Part shown: positions 12,161 through 25,095 of the stretch, one piece after another
Layout of the letters: each line of letters begins with the position of its first letter
How positions within the stretch are numbered: the stretch's first letter is position 1
Source of the DNA: Tubulanus polymorphus
Taxonomy: Eukaryota; Animalia; Nemertea
NCBI RefSeq assembly: GCF_964204645.1
Contig: NC_134029.1
Span: 18,222,950-18,286,949 of the forward strand
Reading direction: 5' to 3'
Length of the DNA: 64,000 bases
Position numbers and translations under genes: made by a program
The notes under the pieces: generated by a model
What the model saw: the letters and a program-made list of their open reading frames with translations, nothing else
Told to the model about the DNA's origin: nothing
Database searches by the model: none

Positions 12161-12520
12161 CCATGGAGAAGAATTGGGCCTTGAAATTTTGTGTGGTAGT
12201 CAATCATTGTATAAACTAATGCAACGGGTATAAACGGTGTGAAAATATTTATAGGGGGGGGGGGGGCCAAACGGAGGCAGACAAAATTTCAGCCAATCAG
12301 TAAGCAGGAATTCTAATTATAGATGCTTTGCATGCTTTGCTGTTTCATTGGCCCAGTTAGTAGGGTACAAGACTGACACCTGATGGGTCAGAAGTTCGAG
12401 TACCGCGCGACCCCCACACGTATTTTGTTTGCCTCCGATAGTTCCACGGGTACAGGTCATCAAAGCTTGTAGGGTCTCCATGGACACATAAATTTTCAAT
12501 GGCCCAACTCAATTCCATTG
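12161..12520. mobile_element. MITE with ~35-bp imperfect TIRs and an internal G13 run
   Basis: Left ccatggagaagaattgggccttgaaattttgtgt matches the reverse complement of the right end (caatggaattgagttgggccattgaaaatttatgtg); TSD unclear. Confidence 0.6.
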
Positions 12521-15500
12521 CGAATAAATTGAATAGTTTGAAGTTCTGGGCCAAAGCAAACCACGGGTATTACTCTAGTATAAATCAACAGTACTTTCCC
12601 AGTAACACTATGAACATGTATTTCAGCAGTGTCAAATAAAAGAGTGTATCTGACAATCATGTCGTATGTAAAAGTATCACTGTTGGAATCATGAAAATCA
12701 CTCTTCCATTACAGTATTACAAACTATCGCAAAAATTAAGATAAAATTCCGATTCTACATATTCAAAAATTTTCAACTCAATTTCAGTGTAAATGTCATA
12801 GACTCATGCTCGCAATTAGAGATAAAACAACTGTTATCACAATTGGCCCTTTGATACGGTTTTTACGATATGGCTGTGGCTCGTTAAAAAACGACGTAGT
12901 GCCTCCGAACACAATGACGTTTCGAAATTCTTTGCATCGCGAATAGCGCGTTTCCTTCCGGCGGAAACTCGTGTTAAAACATCGCTGAATACTCGTTCGT
13001 CTTTCTGCGACAACCAACGCCGGTCGCGGCTCGTGGCTCAATTCAATTTCGATCATTAACGCTCTTTATATAATGCGCTGCGACTGAACCAGGGCTCGCG
13101 CTATTGCGAATCATGTGACCACCTCCACATCACCGACAACGATGACATCGCTTCGCCAGTTGGTAATTAATAACATTAATTGTCTCCCGATACGATGATT
13201 CTTCCCGAGGCTACACCCACTGCTCACCTGCCACAGGCTAACTCTTCCGATGATGCGCGTTCGATTCACGATCAACTATAGCAGTTAGATATCGAGGAAA
13301 TTCCCTTTGTACAGGCGCATAATGAGAACCCATTCCTTCCTTTGAATGAAGACCCATCAATAATCATACACATATGGCAGCTATGTTCGAAGATACCATG
13401 GCAAACGTATAATGCTTACTGATAAATCTCCCGTAGACAACCTTTATACTTGCAACTGACTTGTCGTATAATATATGTTTAGTGTCTCCACACTTAAAAA
13501 CGTAACTGAAGTAATATGTATAGAAAATAAAACATGGATTGAATATCCCCCATAGACCCCCCATAGGCTTGAAGAATTTTTGCTTTGATTTAAGATGAAA
13601 TTTTTGGCTGATTTAATCATGCCTACCGCACAAAATATAATAATTATATTAAAACTGCATACCGGGTATAAAAGTATAATAAGTCTGATCCAATGAACAG
13701 CACACCTTTAGGCAGCGTTGAGATTGATTTTCAACACATAGGGTATTTCACAGTTACGTGAAACAAAGAGTAAAGCTGCACGTAGTAAATGTCTATTTAA
13801 GTGTGTTCGATGATATGATGATACGTGGCATTGTAAACGAAATGTAATATTTTAACGAAAATTGTCAGCTACTTCAAAGGAGATACAATGTTTTTTATTG
13901 ACCGAGATTGATTTTACATACTGTTGACTCACTGTTATCGCAGTTGCGTTGCACTCTATCATGACAAGGTTCAAGTTCCCAGTTAATTTATGATAGATAA
14001 AAGTGTCGAAGGCTTTTTCGTCGATTCTAGTTTACTCTGAAGGTTTGTGCGTGTGTGTCAATATAATGAACAAGTCATCTTAAATCTTCACTATAGGTTT
14101 AGACAAATCCTTAATACCCTAGTTAAGATTCATAAGTGGTGTGTATTAACAGTGCCTAACAAAATGACTGCATGAGGTTCAAATAAGTGTGGAATATTTC
14201 CTAAACTGTTAACTCAATAACTCAATACTGCTAATTGGCGGATAAGTCAACCCTTTTCTTACCACGCAGTTACCTTAGACCATCTATGTAAATAGTAAGA
14301 ATAGTGGTATTTTTGCTTTCTGATTATTTTTATTTTTCTACTTGTAACATTGTTACGGATAATACAGGGTAAATCATCATACAGGGTAAAGCGCTTAACC
14401 TCTCTTCAAACAGGGTTACCATAAATCATGACCCTCCATCCACTACCCCTTCACCCCAAAGGGCAGTGGACAGATGAGCTGATGAATCGATAAGAAGATT
14501 GAATACTAAAAGGTATGATTGGATACGAACAATAACAATCCGCTGGAAATCTACATCAATTACGAAAAACAAATGCGAAAAAGAAAACTCAAAGAAACCT
14601 CTGCGCGCAAGACCGGCAGTGTCGGGCGGATCATTACAAAAAACATGGTTTATCAGGATTATTGCAACTGGAGACGTTAAAAATATTCTGGTGAATTATC
14701 AGAAGCGTGTTCTCTGCACAATGCATATTAATCTCCCGAGAGAATTAATGATTGCGGCAGCTCAACTCGGCCAATAAAGACGGGCATGTCACTGCGAGAT
14801 TACTCTCACGGACAATGCATGCCATTATACCGACACAAAATACAGATTCAAGCATGAATTCATGTCTCCAAATTGCCGGGTGTCGAATTCTTTAAACGCT
14901 GACCTCTTCTCTCTTTTCTCTCCTTCTCTCACTGCTACTACTGCGATGAGCAGCTTTCATCATCGTGACAATAGGACAAGTCTCGTGAGCATCATACTTT
15001 GTCACGAACGAATGCGACAGCGGCCGCCGCGGCGGCCATCTTAACAGAGGTCAAACGGAATTCACGAATAATTTGATGTGGCTGAACGAATAACAATGAT
15101 TTTCTATAAGGTTGATTATACCTTCAATAATCATTTGGGATTAACTGACCTAAACACGAGGCAAAGAACGCCGCGACTAAATACAATTTGGTCAGAAAAA
15201 TTCCAAACGTCGATGGAGGAAAAATCCGGATATGACGATCAATCGTCATTAAAAAAAGTCTTGACCCTCAATGCTAGTGTTTGCTTTTCATTCCATGGAG
15301 ATGGGTTAACCGATTAAATTGTGATAAGATTCCACTCTGCAGATCAGGGTTTTTCTTGACAATATCTGTAGATGGTAGATGGTAGGGGATCGTGCCCCAG
15401 AAAATTCTTAAAACAAGTGTATTGATTTTTTGATTGGGGTGACCAAATGCTGATTTTTGACAGGTTCTAATATTGCTGCAGTGAATTTGTTTCAATTTCG

Positions 15501-16892
15501 TCAAAAACATAGTTTAGAAAGAAAAAAAAATCATTCAGTAAATTATTGCCGCGGCTTTCGATGCCGCAATCGCTACAGTGTAAAATTAAAGACATTATTG
15601 AGAGCATTGTGAGGGCCATACTTTAAAGGGGTACCAGAAAAGTGCAATGAGGAAAGGGATATATGAATGTATACGTATATCACATATTGGGAATACTGGA
15701 TTTTGGGGTTAATTCACGACATCAATTAATAACTAGGCAATCAATTTAGTCAGGAACAAAAGAGCATAGAAAAGAGTTGTGCAATTACAGACACATATGG
15801 ACAAATTGTATAAAACCAGATAATGACAATGGAAAACATTCTGGAACACAATAGCTGAATCTTATTTATGATTTCATATACGCTTTTTAAATATGAGGAT
15901 ATCTACTATTTCACAACAAAAACTTATATAGGCAATACAGCTTGGTCGCTGAGATAAGCAAAGTATTCTAGCACTTCCAATAGCTACGTATTGAAACGCA
16001 TTCGCTTGCCGGTTGAAGCAGACTGAATCTATCGACAATTTCAGACAATTTCTGTCAATATTTGCCGAAGATAATTCCGATAGAATCTAATGAATACGTA
16101 ATATAGCACTTTAATGCTTCTATTCGGCCGATCATCGTCGCGCGCTGCGATGTTCAGGCGACCATTACACCTGAGTTAGCGCTCGCTCGTAATCGAATTA
16201 TTTTCATCATAAATGGCAAAGTGTTGTTATTAACGTAATTAGTCGGTTGTTAAGTGAGTCAGATGCTTCTTCCCAGCATCCGGCGATACGTCGTCGTACA
16301 AGAGGATATCGAGACATCATAAAGAAATCGATGAGACATTTTTTCGCAGTTTATTCAATTCCAACCGATAGTTCTGCTTAATGGCAATTCATCCATCAAC
16401 TCGGGGAATAAGATATCAATATCCACTTGCTTAAAATTGGTTCAACTCAACCAACGGTGAATAACTGACACATTGACAATTATAACTGTATCATTTTCCA
16501 TGGTATTTTTTTCGAAGGTTAACCCAACTTGTCTTGTTCATTCGTGACTGGTCTCAAAACTAAGCCTCTATGCAACCTGCCTCAGGGGTTCAGAAACTGG
16601 AATGAATCATCGCTCATTTTTTCATGCAATATCTGGCAGGACCGGTTTTCACATAGGTAACAACACAAAGGAAAATTTGTCTGGCATTGTCACAATGATA
16701 GTTAAGGTGATACGCACAACTGGGTCAGCTCTTCAGACAAGTTTTTTTATAGGTGAGCACAGCTCAGGTAAAATCAACCATTGGTTTTTTGGATAAACTG
16801 GCATCCATTTCCACAGAACCACTTGGCATTTTAGTTAAGTTTCACTGGAATTATGACTATCAACATTACTTCAATTTGTCCCGTGGGTCCAG

Positions 16893-17024
16893 GGCCCAGT
16901 CACAATCATGGTGTAGATTCACGACCTGTCTAAGAACATCTTTGTTCTATAATCTAATAAGACAAAACAAGTCTTTGGGTCCAAAAACCACTTTGGACTT
17001 AAGTCACAACTGTGCAACTGGATC
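16893..17024 (+). mobile_element. Harbinger-like MITE with CWG TSD, older copy
   Basis: cag|ggcccagtcaca...tgtgcaactggatc|cag; similar to 17134-17269. Confidence 0.65.
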
Positions 17025-17133
17025 CAGATGCCCAGTCTTAACGCAAAATTGGTCTTAAATATAAGACTAGAAACCAGTGACACATCATAGAACCAAGAAC
17101 TAATCTAGATCATAGAACCAAGAACCAGTCCTG

Positions 17134-17269
17134 GGGCCAGTTGCAGTCATGGCTTAGACTTAAGACCAGTCTAAGACCAACTTAGTTTTATAGCTAATCT
17201 AACAACTTAAGACCAGTCTTAAGATTTAAGACCACTTTTGGACTTACGTCACAACTGTGCGACTGGTCC
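17134..17269 (+). mobile_element. Harbinger-like MITE with CWG TSD and ttaagacc subrepeats
   Basis: ctg|gggccagttgca...tgcgactggtcc|cag. Confidence 0.75.
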
Positions 17270-20200
17270 CAGAATCTTAAGCTAGGGGCACACAAGCATA
17301 TTTCGGGTGAAAAAATACATTTGTATGCCCCTTCCTTTAACCCCGTCTGTGCAACTGGCTCTCCTGGTCTATAAAAGCGCATTAACCCGTGATGTAGTTT
17401 CTATCTAGTTTCCCTCTACTTTTTTACCACATGTTATAGTAAGTAGCTACGAATGAAGATCATCTATATAAAAGATCATCTATATAAAAACATCGGTTAT
17501 TCAGATAATTTGTACGAACCGCTAACGATACAGGTGTATATCAACAATGCGGCTATATAGCGAGTAACTAGTTCGACACCTGCTTCTCCCAGGTTCAGCT
17601 GCAGGATAGGTGTAAAATGACTCACTAGTACCGAAGCGAGCGTGTATTTCATATCTAACGAGTAGAAATTAGAGAAATCAATGTTTACGCCGAGAGTGGA
17701 GAAGAAGACACGGAAGGGACAAAAAAACTGAATATAACGCAATATCAAAATTCATTACGAAACAACTGCGCAAGACAACATCGTCGTGAGAGATAAACTC
17801 TGTCATGATGATAATAGAGTATTCGATACGATACAATTGAAGACTGATGGCAACATAATATACTTCATTATTACTTCGCTAACGCAGTCTTAATACGTCG
17901 CGTTCTTCAAAGGTTTCGAGAGGCTTTTGATACAACGCCGCCGCGGGTCTGATTTCCCAGCGCGTCTCGCCGTTCAAAGCGTGCATTGTACACCGGCGCG
18001 CTGCTGCATTCGCCCCACAAAAAAAATGGGGAAAAAAAGGAGATGATTGCCGACCAACAGGAAGGAAATAACTTACCTGAAAATCCGGATCAGATGAAAT
18101 AAAAAACCTCGACGAGATAGCGAACAGGTTTCGCAATAAAATCATGTTAATTATTTCGATGGGAAAAGGCCAGAACGAGTCTTTGAAGTTCGTAGCGAAA
18201 TAGAATTTCTTTTTCCACGCAGGCAAAGAGACGAAGCATCATCGCAGTCATCATCACACACCGGGGTATGCACCGCGTATCGAATGAGGAAATCTCCTTT
18301 GCAGTAATTAGCAAAATTTACCACTGCGTTGGTGCTGTTGTGAAAGCTGTAACGCCTGCAGCAGTTCATCAGATGAATGGAGAAAGAGAGCGAATGGATT
18401 AGTTACTGAATGTCTAATACAATCTCGGCACAAGCTCGATGCTGAATACGAGCTTTTAGCTCGAATACATAATGCAAAGCTATAGATCTTAAAAGCAAAA
18501 AGTGTTGAAACCTATAATTTGAAAGTCATTCCCGAGGCAACGTTAGAACAGACTACGCCGATTTCAGTCCATTCTAAGACTTAAATCTGAATTTAGAAAT
18601 GGGCAGAAATGTATGGGAAGATTGTACGTACGTATGTTCATATGTACCTATGTATGTATGAAATAATATATACACGATAAAATTGAAATTCAAAAGGAAA
18701 CAATGTCATATGTTGATTGTAGCATTAGTTCATTTCATCAGTTTTAATGCAGACCTGTCTCCACAGGTCCCGGGAAGCTCTGCAAAATGGCACGCGCTCT
18801 TGGTAAGGTCTCGCTAATTGCTATTTGTTTTATAATAATGTAAGATTAACTCTATCTATGGTTAGCAATTTACATTATATTCATTACTATAAAGAGCTCA
18901 TAAAAAGTAAAGTTTTTTTTCATTTCATCAGAAATATATATATTTCTGTAATAACGCTCATATTGTCTTTGAGACAAAAATTCAAGAGGTTGCCAAATAA
19001 AGCAAAAGTTAAGTAGGTTCATAATTCGTCTCACTACCAACTGCTCTTTTGTTTTTAAAGCGCCGCAATCTATCAGATTTTCCCAGGTTTATTGAACTGG
19101 TGAGCTATCAAATGATATCCAAAAATGATTTCATGCTATAAACGAACCTATCAAATCCAAAAAGGTTCACATTTCCATCCTGAATTTTCTACACTGTCAT
19201 TGAAGTGGGTATTTTTTTAATGAAATGTGCACTTAGGTTTTAAATAAAGAACTCGATGGTCATACTATAGAGATCAGAAAATAATGTAATGGGTTAAACA
19301 TACATCTGTTTATGAGGATGTACAAAAATGTGTTAAAATAAAAAGATAAGAAAAAAAACATGAAAAGATGATCTGTTGAAATCGTTGAATCCACATCTGA
19401 TCAAATATTTTTCTTTCGTTCACCATCTTGCAATTGAGAAACGTTTTTAACGTATCAAGACACATCCCAAATATCCCAGGAGCAATTGTGCATTCTGTGA
19501 CCGATGAAGTGTTTACCATTCGAGAGCTTTTGCAGGAGCGTAGTACGTAGGGGTTCTTTAAAAAGGGTCCTGTTGAACCTCCTTTCAAGGCTCAATTTAT
19601 ACATTTGTTGAGAGTATCATCTCATGATACGAGATCCTCTATCGTCAGTATCCAGCGTCCAAAGTTTGAATTGATTCAACTAAACGAGTTCTTATAGTGA
19701 AATCAGAAATTCATTGTATCCTATTAGGATCGTTTCAATTCAATCTTTGGTACCCCCACAAAAAATCTAGTACCCTCGGGATACCAGCAAAATCAAGCCC
19801 TGCCTTTCCAAAAAGTACACAAAATACTTTTTTTAAGTAAGGCATATCATTCTATGGTGGTACTCGCAAGTATTTCAAAATATTTTCCTAATTTACATTT
19901 TGCTCCTTGCCGGGCTTGTTATATGGGCTACCATTGTCCAGCCCTTGCAGTTTGATATACGCCATGCATCCCCTAAAATCAATGTATCAGAACCCCCAAC
20001 CAGCGTCCTGCACAGGCCCGTCACATGCTGTATAACTGACATTGATATCTGCTGTCCATAGAAAAAAGTTATATCGGAATTCTAACATGGGTCAAGATCA
20101 GCAATATAAAAAGTTTTAGTGAAGTGGTATATATTTCTTCAACTTTCTTCAACACTGCAGTAAAACTATCCATCAGTCGTACTATCTAAAGAAAGATCAC

Positions 20201-20458
20201 TTTGCGATGAAGTTGTATCAATATTATTGCTAAACTTCCATGCGTAAATAAAGAAACCCTTTCTCGCCGAGTCCCGACTCGTTAAAACACTCAAAAAAAT
20301 GCACCTTTAAAAACACTGAAAATCGTTCACCGTTGAGTTTGATAAGTAAATGAATAACGTCTACAATGATTAGAGTTGAAGATGTTGTCTGCCACATGTT
20401 TGTTTTCTGGAGAAACCGGATTTTTATCAAACAAGCCAATTCACCTGCGCTTCACATG

Positions 20459-20531
20459 TTAAAACACAGCAGCCTTCTTTATATCTACATCTCCTCGTAG
20501 GCAATCGGCAATCTCACAGAGTTTATCTTTG
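20459..20531 (-). CDS. Candidate terminal or poison exon (phase 2: KDKLCEIADCLRGDVDIKKAAVF*)
   Basis: Strong acceptor ctctctcactctctcctttctctcgcctggtattcttttcattctcAG|; possible donor cag|GTGAAT at 20445; all three frames contain a stop before that donor. Confidence 0.35.
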
Positions 20532-21783
20532 CTGAGAATGAAAAGAATACCAGGCGAGAGAAAGGAGAGAGTGAGAGAGATGGAGAGTACTCGCCTACTA
20601 ACAATAACAACATGAAACATTTCTGCAAATCCTTCTAAATTGTAGTAATCAACATCCAAGTTGCTACATAAATAAAGTACATGATATTGCTGATGTAATC
20701 TACAGCGGATTTAACAACTCGATACTCAAGCTTTCATCGTGCAAAACGGCTTCTTTTGGTCCGCGAACGAATATGCTAATCTCAAGACATACGTGAACAA
20801 ATCATGGAAAATGTAAAGAGCAATTTCAAAATGCAAATCCGAAAACAAATTAGAATCGAGTCACCGAGCGCGAGTGAGTCGGCAGTGCAGAATCATCGAT
20901 TAGCCTGGCAAACAAACAGCTTTTCAAAATTAAAGTAGTCAAACGATTTAAACAGAATAAATCTCGAAAATAAAGCGATACTTGTCCGTGCTGGTAACGA
21001 GGTCATTAATTCATCTTCGGGCAGCCATCCTTTCGAAATCTTCCCATTCGTAATAACACACGGAGAGCGGCTTGTCGTATATAAATGTGATGGCTGTGGC
21101 CGAAGAATATCGGAAAAAGGAGAGAATAAACGATATGATTTACGATATGATGATAACTGTTGACGAAAATTTCAGACCGTAAAATGACAGCCTTCGAGCA
21201 ACAGATTTCCGGCCAAACCATAATGTTTACCGAGACAATCTTGTCTTTGCTCTCGTGAATGATTGCCTTTACTGTTCTTTCTTTCTTCCCCCGAAGGCTT
21301 CTGAAGCTACCAACGACCTTTCACTCGTGGAGATGCGATCAGCAGCTATACGTTTGTTTTTTTCCAGCGCCGACGACGACGATGAGCTCTATTCGCTGAC
21401 GTCGCGATCGTAGTTAAGTGTCATTTTTCACGACTGCATCGCAGAATTCTTATATCGTTGATGTCATTATGCAGAGATAAAGTATTAACCTTGCGCTCAC
21501 TTTCACTCTTGTTTTCCTACTCATGCTTAGCCCCTATTTCTTCTATGTGTCTCTCTCTTCTTTGTTTCAATTGATCTTGATATTTCTATCTCTGCCTCTC
21601 CATCCCTTCTCTCCAGCAACTCCATCCACTACTGTCCCCTATTCCTCTGCTATCTGTTACCAAAGACCGCCCTCACCTCATTTCCTATTGTTGTCCAATC
21701 GCCCGTTTACATTTCATCTTTCCTTTGCTTTGTACCTTTTCATTTCCATTTCCATCTCGCCATCATGTCCCTTGTGATTTTTC

Positions 21784-22101
21784 CTGGGGTTGGATCCAGA
21801 GGCCAATTTTGGAGGACTTGTCACATCTCAAAATGGCACTTTGATTTCCGAAAAGGTCATACTAGGGATACTATCAAACTGAGGGAGCAGCTTTGAAGAA
21901 GTTGTCAAGTCATAAAAGGGCATTTCGATGTCCAAAAAGGCCAACTATGTGAAGCGCACTCCTGCACTGAAATGTACCAATTATCTTTGTTGACATGATG
22001 GAAAGGGCATTAAAAATAAATTTAATGGACTAGTCTTATTCTATTTCATCATTCGTGGATCCCGGTAATAGACTTGTACAAGTCCCCCAGATCCTCCCCT
22101 G
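21784..22101. mobile_element. hAT-like GGATCC-family MITE, diverged
   Basis: ctggggttggatccagagg...cccccagatcctcccctg; flanks ttttc/tttcc; aaaagggc subrepeats. Confidence 0.55.
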
Positions 22102-22519
22102 TTTCCTCCATTCTATTTTCACTTCGTCGTTCTGACTTGTTTTCTAACCCACACTCCTTTATCACTCGTAATGTCAACCAAGTCACGTATGGACCCGTCT
22201 ATAAAAGAATGTAACATGCACCTTAAAGCCCTCTCAAACTCAGCTACAAATATCAATCATTTTGCTTCATCAACTGTGACACCATTCGTCCCACCTGACT
22301 CCTTAATCATCGTCTAACGCAATTCGACCCTCGGGAAATTCTCGGGTGAATTATGAATTTGTGATATGTAAAAAAGGTATTATCTTCGATGATTCCTCGT
22401 TATATATCAATACATAGATAGAAATAATATTGATTTCACGTTTTGGGGCAATTGGAATCATAGAAACTGAATCATCTTAAAGGCTAAGTACGTTAAGTTT
22501 ATCAAACTATCTTAAATGC

Positions 22520-23090
22520 AACAGTAAGCCATCTTGGGCAGTATTATCACTTACATTCATCTATTGATACATAATATCATCTAGCATTCTCGTATGCAAT
22601 ATCAATGATCTTCATACATTCATATAGGCCAGAAAATACATTTTGGAATCCAATATGGCCAACCAATGGCATTACAACTTAAGATTCATCTTCTCATACA
22701 CAATGTCATCTAAGATTCTCATGTAAGATATCAATGCTCTTCATGAAATACATTCATTTATTGACCAAAAAAATTTTTTTAAGTCAAAGATGGTCACCAG
22801 TCAGCCATCTCGAATGGCCCTACAACCTTGATTCATATACTGATACATAATATAATCTAAGATTCTCATGTAAAATATTGATCTGCTACATAATATACAT
22901 TCCCAGATATAGGCCAAAATGTACATTTTAAAAATCAAAGATGACAACCAGTCAGCCATTTCTGTGAAATATCAATACTCTATAAAGAAATTAATTCACT
23001 GTCGTAGGCCAAAATTAACATATTTGGAATCAAAGATGGCTGCAAGTTAGCTTTCTTGGATGTCATTATGACCTATATTCATATAGAGAT
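22520..23090 (+). repeat. Degenerate ~140-150-bp tandem repeat array (CAAAGATGG..CAGTCAGCCATCTTG units); second array at 56815-57160
   Basis: About four units sharing aagattctcatgtaa..tatcaat...ataggccaaaat...aatcaaagatggc. Confidence 0.75.
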
Positions 23091-24882
23091 ATAATATGAC
23101 ACCACACACCTAACATAAAAATTCAAGGAAATTATATCAACGAGTTTATTACTTCACTCGGATACAATACAGCCAAGACCATATAGGCCTACCTTGGACT
23201 TTGATATACTTAGTCTGAGAAAAGTTACATTTGCTTACAAATAGTCTTAACAGACCTGGACCAATGTTTCAGTTCATTCTAAAACAAAAAGTAAATAATA
23301 CACAACATAAGATTCTATGATTATCTGTCGAATTCTTTTATACTTTAGATAAACTAAAAATCATCAGCAACAGGGAGTGGTTGGCATGTAGTGAAAACAT
23401 ATTAACGAGATCGAGATCGGTTTCCGATATCATCTAGATACTCGATGAACCCCGTGCATTCAATAATGATAATACAGATCTATGACTGATAGTTGAGTTC
23501 GCTATTGACCCGTGCATCCATCAACTAGAATCGACTTTACCAGTTTGACCCGAGCGTCTACGAAGGTTTAATTGAACTACGGTTATACGAGCAGAACTAA
23601 TGTTTTACTCGGTGGCACTCGATTTCGCAATAAACGCTCCTGCGATTCGCCCCCGAGATCAATCACGCGGACGGCAATCCGCTATTATTCCATACGACCA
23701 TTATAAGTTGATGATACGTGAAAACTGCCATCGTTCACCGTCGCATGGATTACCACCGGATTTCGGGACAAAATCAAACGAAAGCAGATTAACGCAATAA
23801 ATCAGCTTTTATCAAAGCCGTACGTACGTACAACCCCTTTATACGGCGAATAAATCTTCATTCTGTCCTCGATCGGCGTGCACACGCTGACTCAACACGG
23901 CCCCACTGACGACGATGACGACGGTGAATTTTCTGAGGTATTAATTTTCCGGCGGGATTGTTTTTTATCGCTCGTAATCCACACGATGTTCAGATCGGTT
24001 TTTGATTGAACGTCGACAAAAATCAACAATGTTTTCATACGATACGCTACAAATACTGAAAGTAGTTTATTCGCGAATTTTTCCATCGTTAAAATGATGC
24101 CGCGTTATCGATGACTAATAACGCGGCATGATGGACAATTCATGATCATTATTTATGAATCAATAAAGCTGTTTATAAAAATGACTCCAGGCCATTTTTC
24201 AAAACCCGCTCACCCTACCATATGTGTTAAAAGTTTGCTACAGTCAAACTTGCGTATGTCATCATCACATCACTAAGTCATCTCTGAAATTTATATTCTA
24301 GAGTCCCACTTCAGTTTCCAATTCAATTCACTACTAATCATTATTTGGTTGAGTTGTCCGCATAATGATGATTGCAACGATGACGGTTTAAGCAAGTTCG
24401 TGACAGTAGCTCACATGAAAAGCTGTCGGCCAATGCATCATATTCGGTGACAAATTCCCAGAACGGCAGCAAATGTCGGACCAGCTATCTATTGGTATTC
24501 AGGAAAGTATGTCGACTGGGTAAAGTGCCACCATAATTGACGACAAGAGATACATATATCCTAAGTGTATAGAAACCTGGAGACACCCGGTGTGACTTCA
24601 TTAGTTAATCAGCAATCCGAGAAGATAACACCGGCGCTGAATAATAGATTGCCTTGACAAACTGTTGCCTTGCAAGTTCTGCGTATATCAAATGAATCGA
24701 GGACAAACAGTGACATCGCAGAGTCAAGGTTTAATACTGTAGATGGTGTACGCGAAGAAAAATCAACTGAAATCTAAGGTGCCTCGATATGAAAGAAACA
24801 GAGGTCACAGGATTTTCACATGTGCTCATGACAAGGCTTAATGAAATACCATACCCGATATATGATATGTACACGTACATTT

Positions 24883-25095
24883 ACACAACCCCACCTGACT
24901 TATACATACATAATCACAACTATCAGACACACAATCTTACCTGACCTATACATACACAACAACAATCATACATACAATCTTACCTGACTGATACAAACAC
25001 AATCACAACAATTACACACACAATCTCACCTGACTTATACACAATCACAACAATCAGACACACAATCTCACCTAATTTTTACATACACAATCGCG
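24883..25095 (+). repeat. ~42-bp CA-rich minisatellite (cacaatctcacctgacttatacatacacaatcacaacaatcaga), about 5 units
   Basis: Repeated units read directly. Confidence 0.85.

Noticed and set aside
18767-18802. Plus-strand 36-nt exon-like segment (ccacag|...ttg|gtaagg)
   Set aside because: Isolated, on the opposite strand to the other exon candidates and next to repeat-like DNA; compatible with chance.
24883-25095. Regularly spaced repeats as a CRISPR-like array
   Set aside because: The units are contiguous with no unique spacers, in a eukaryotic context without cas genes; this is a minisatellite.
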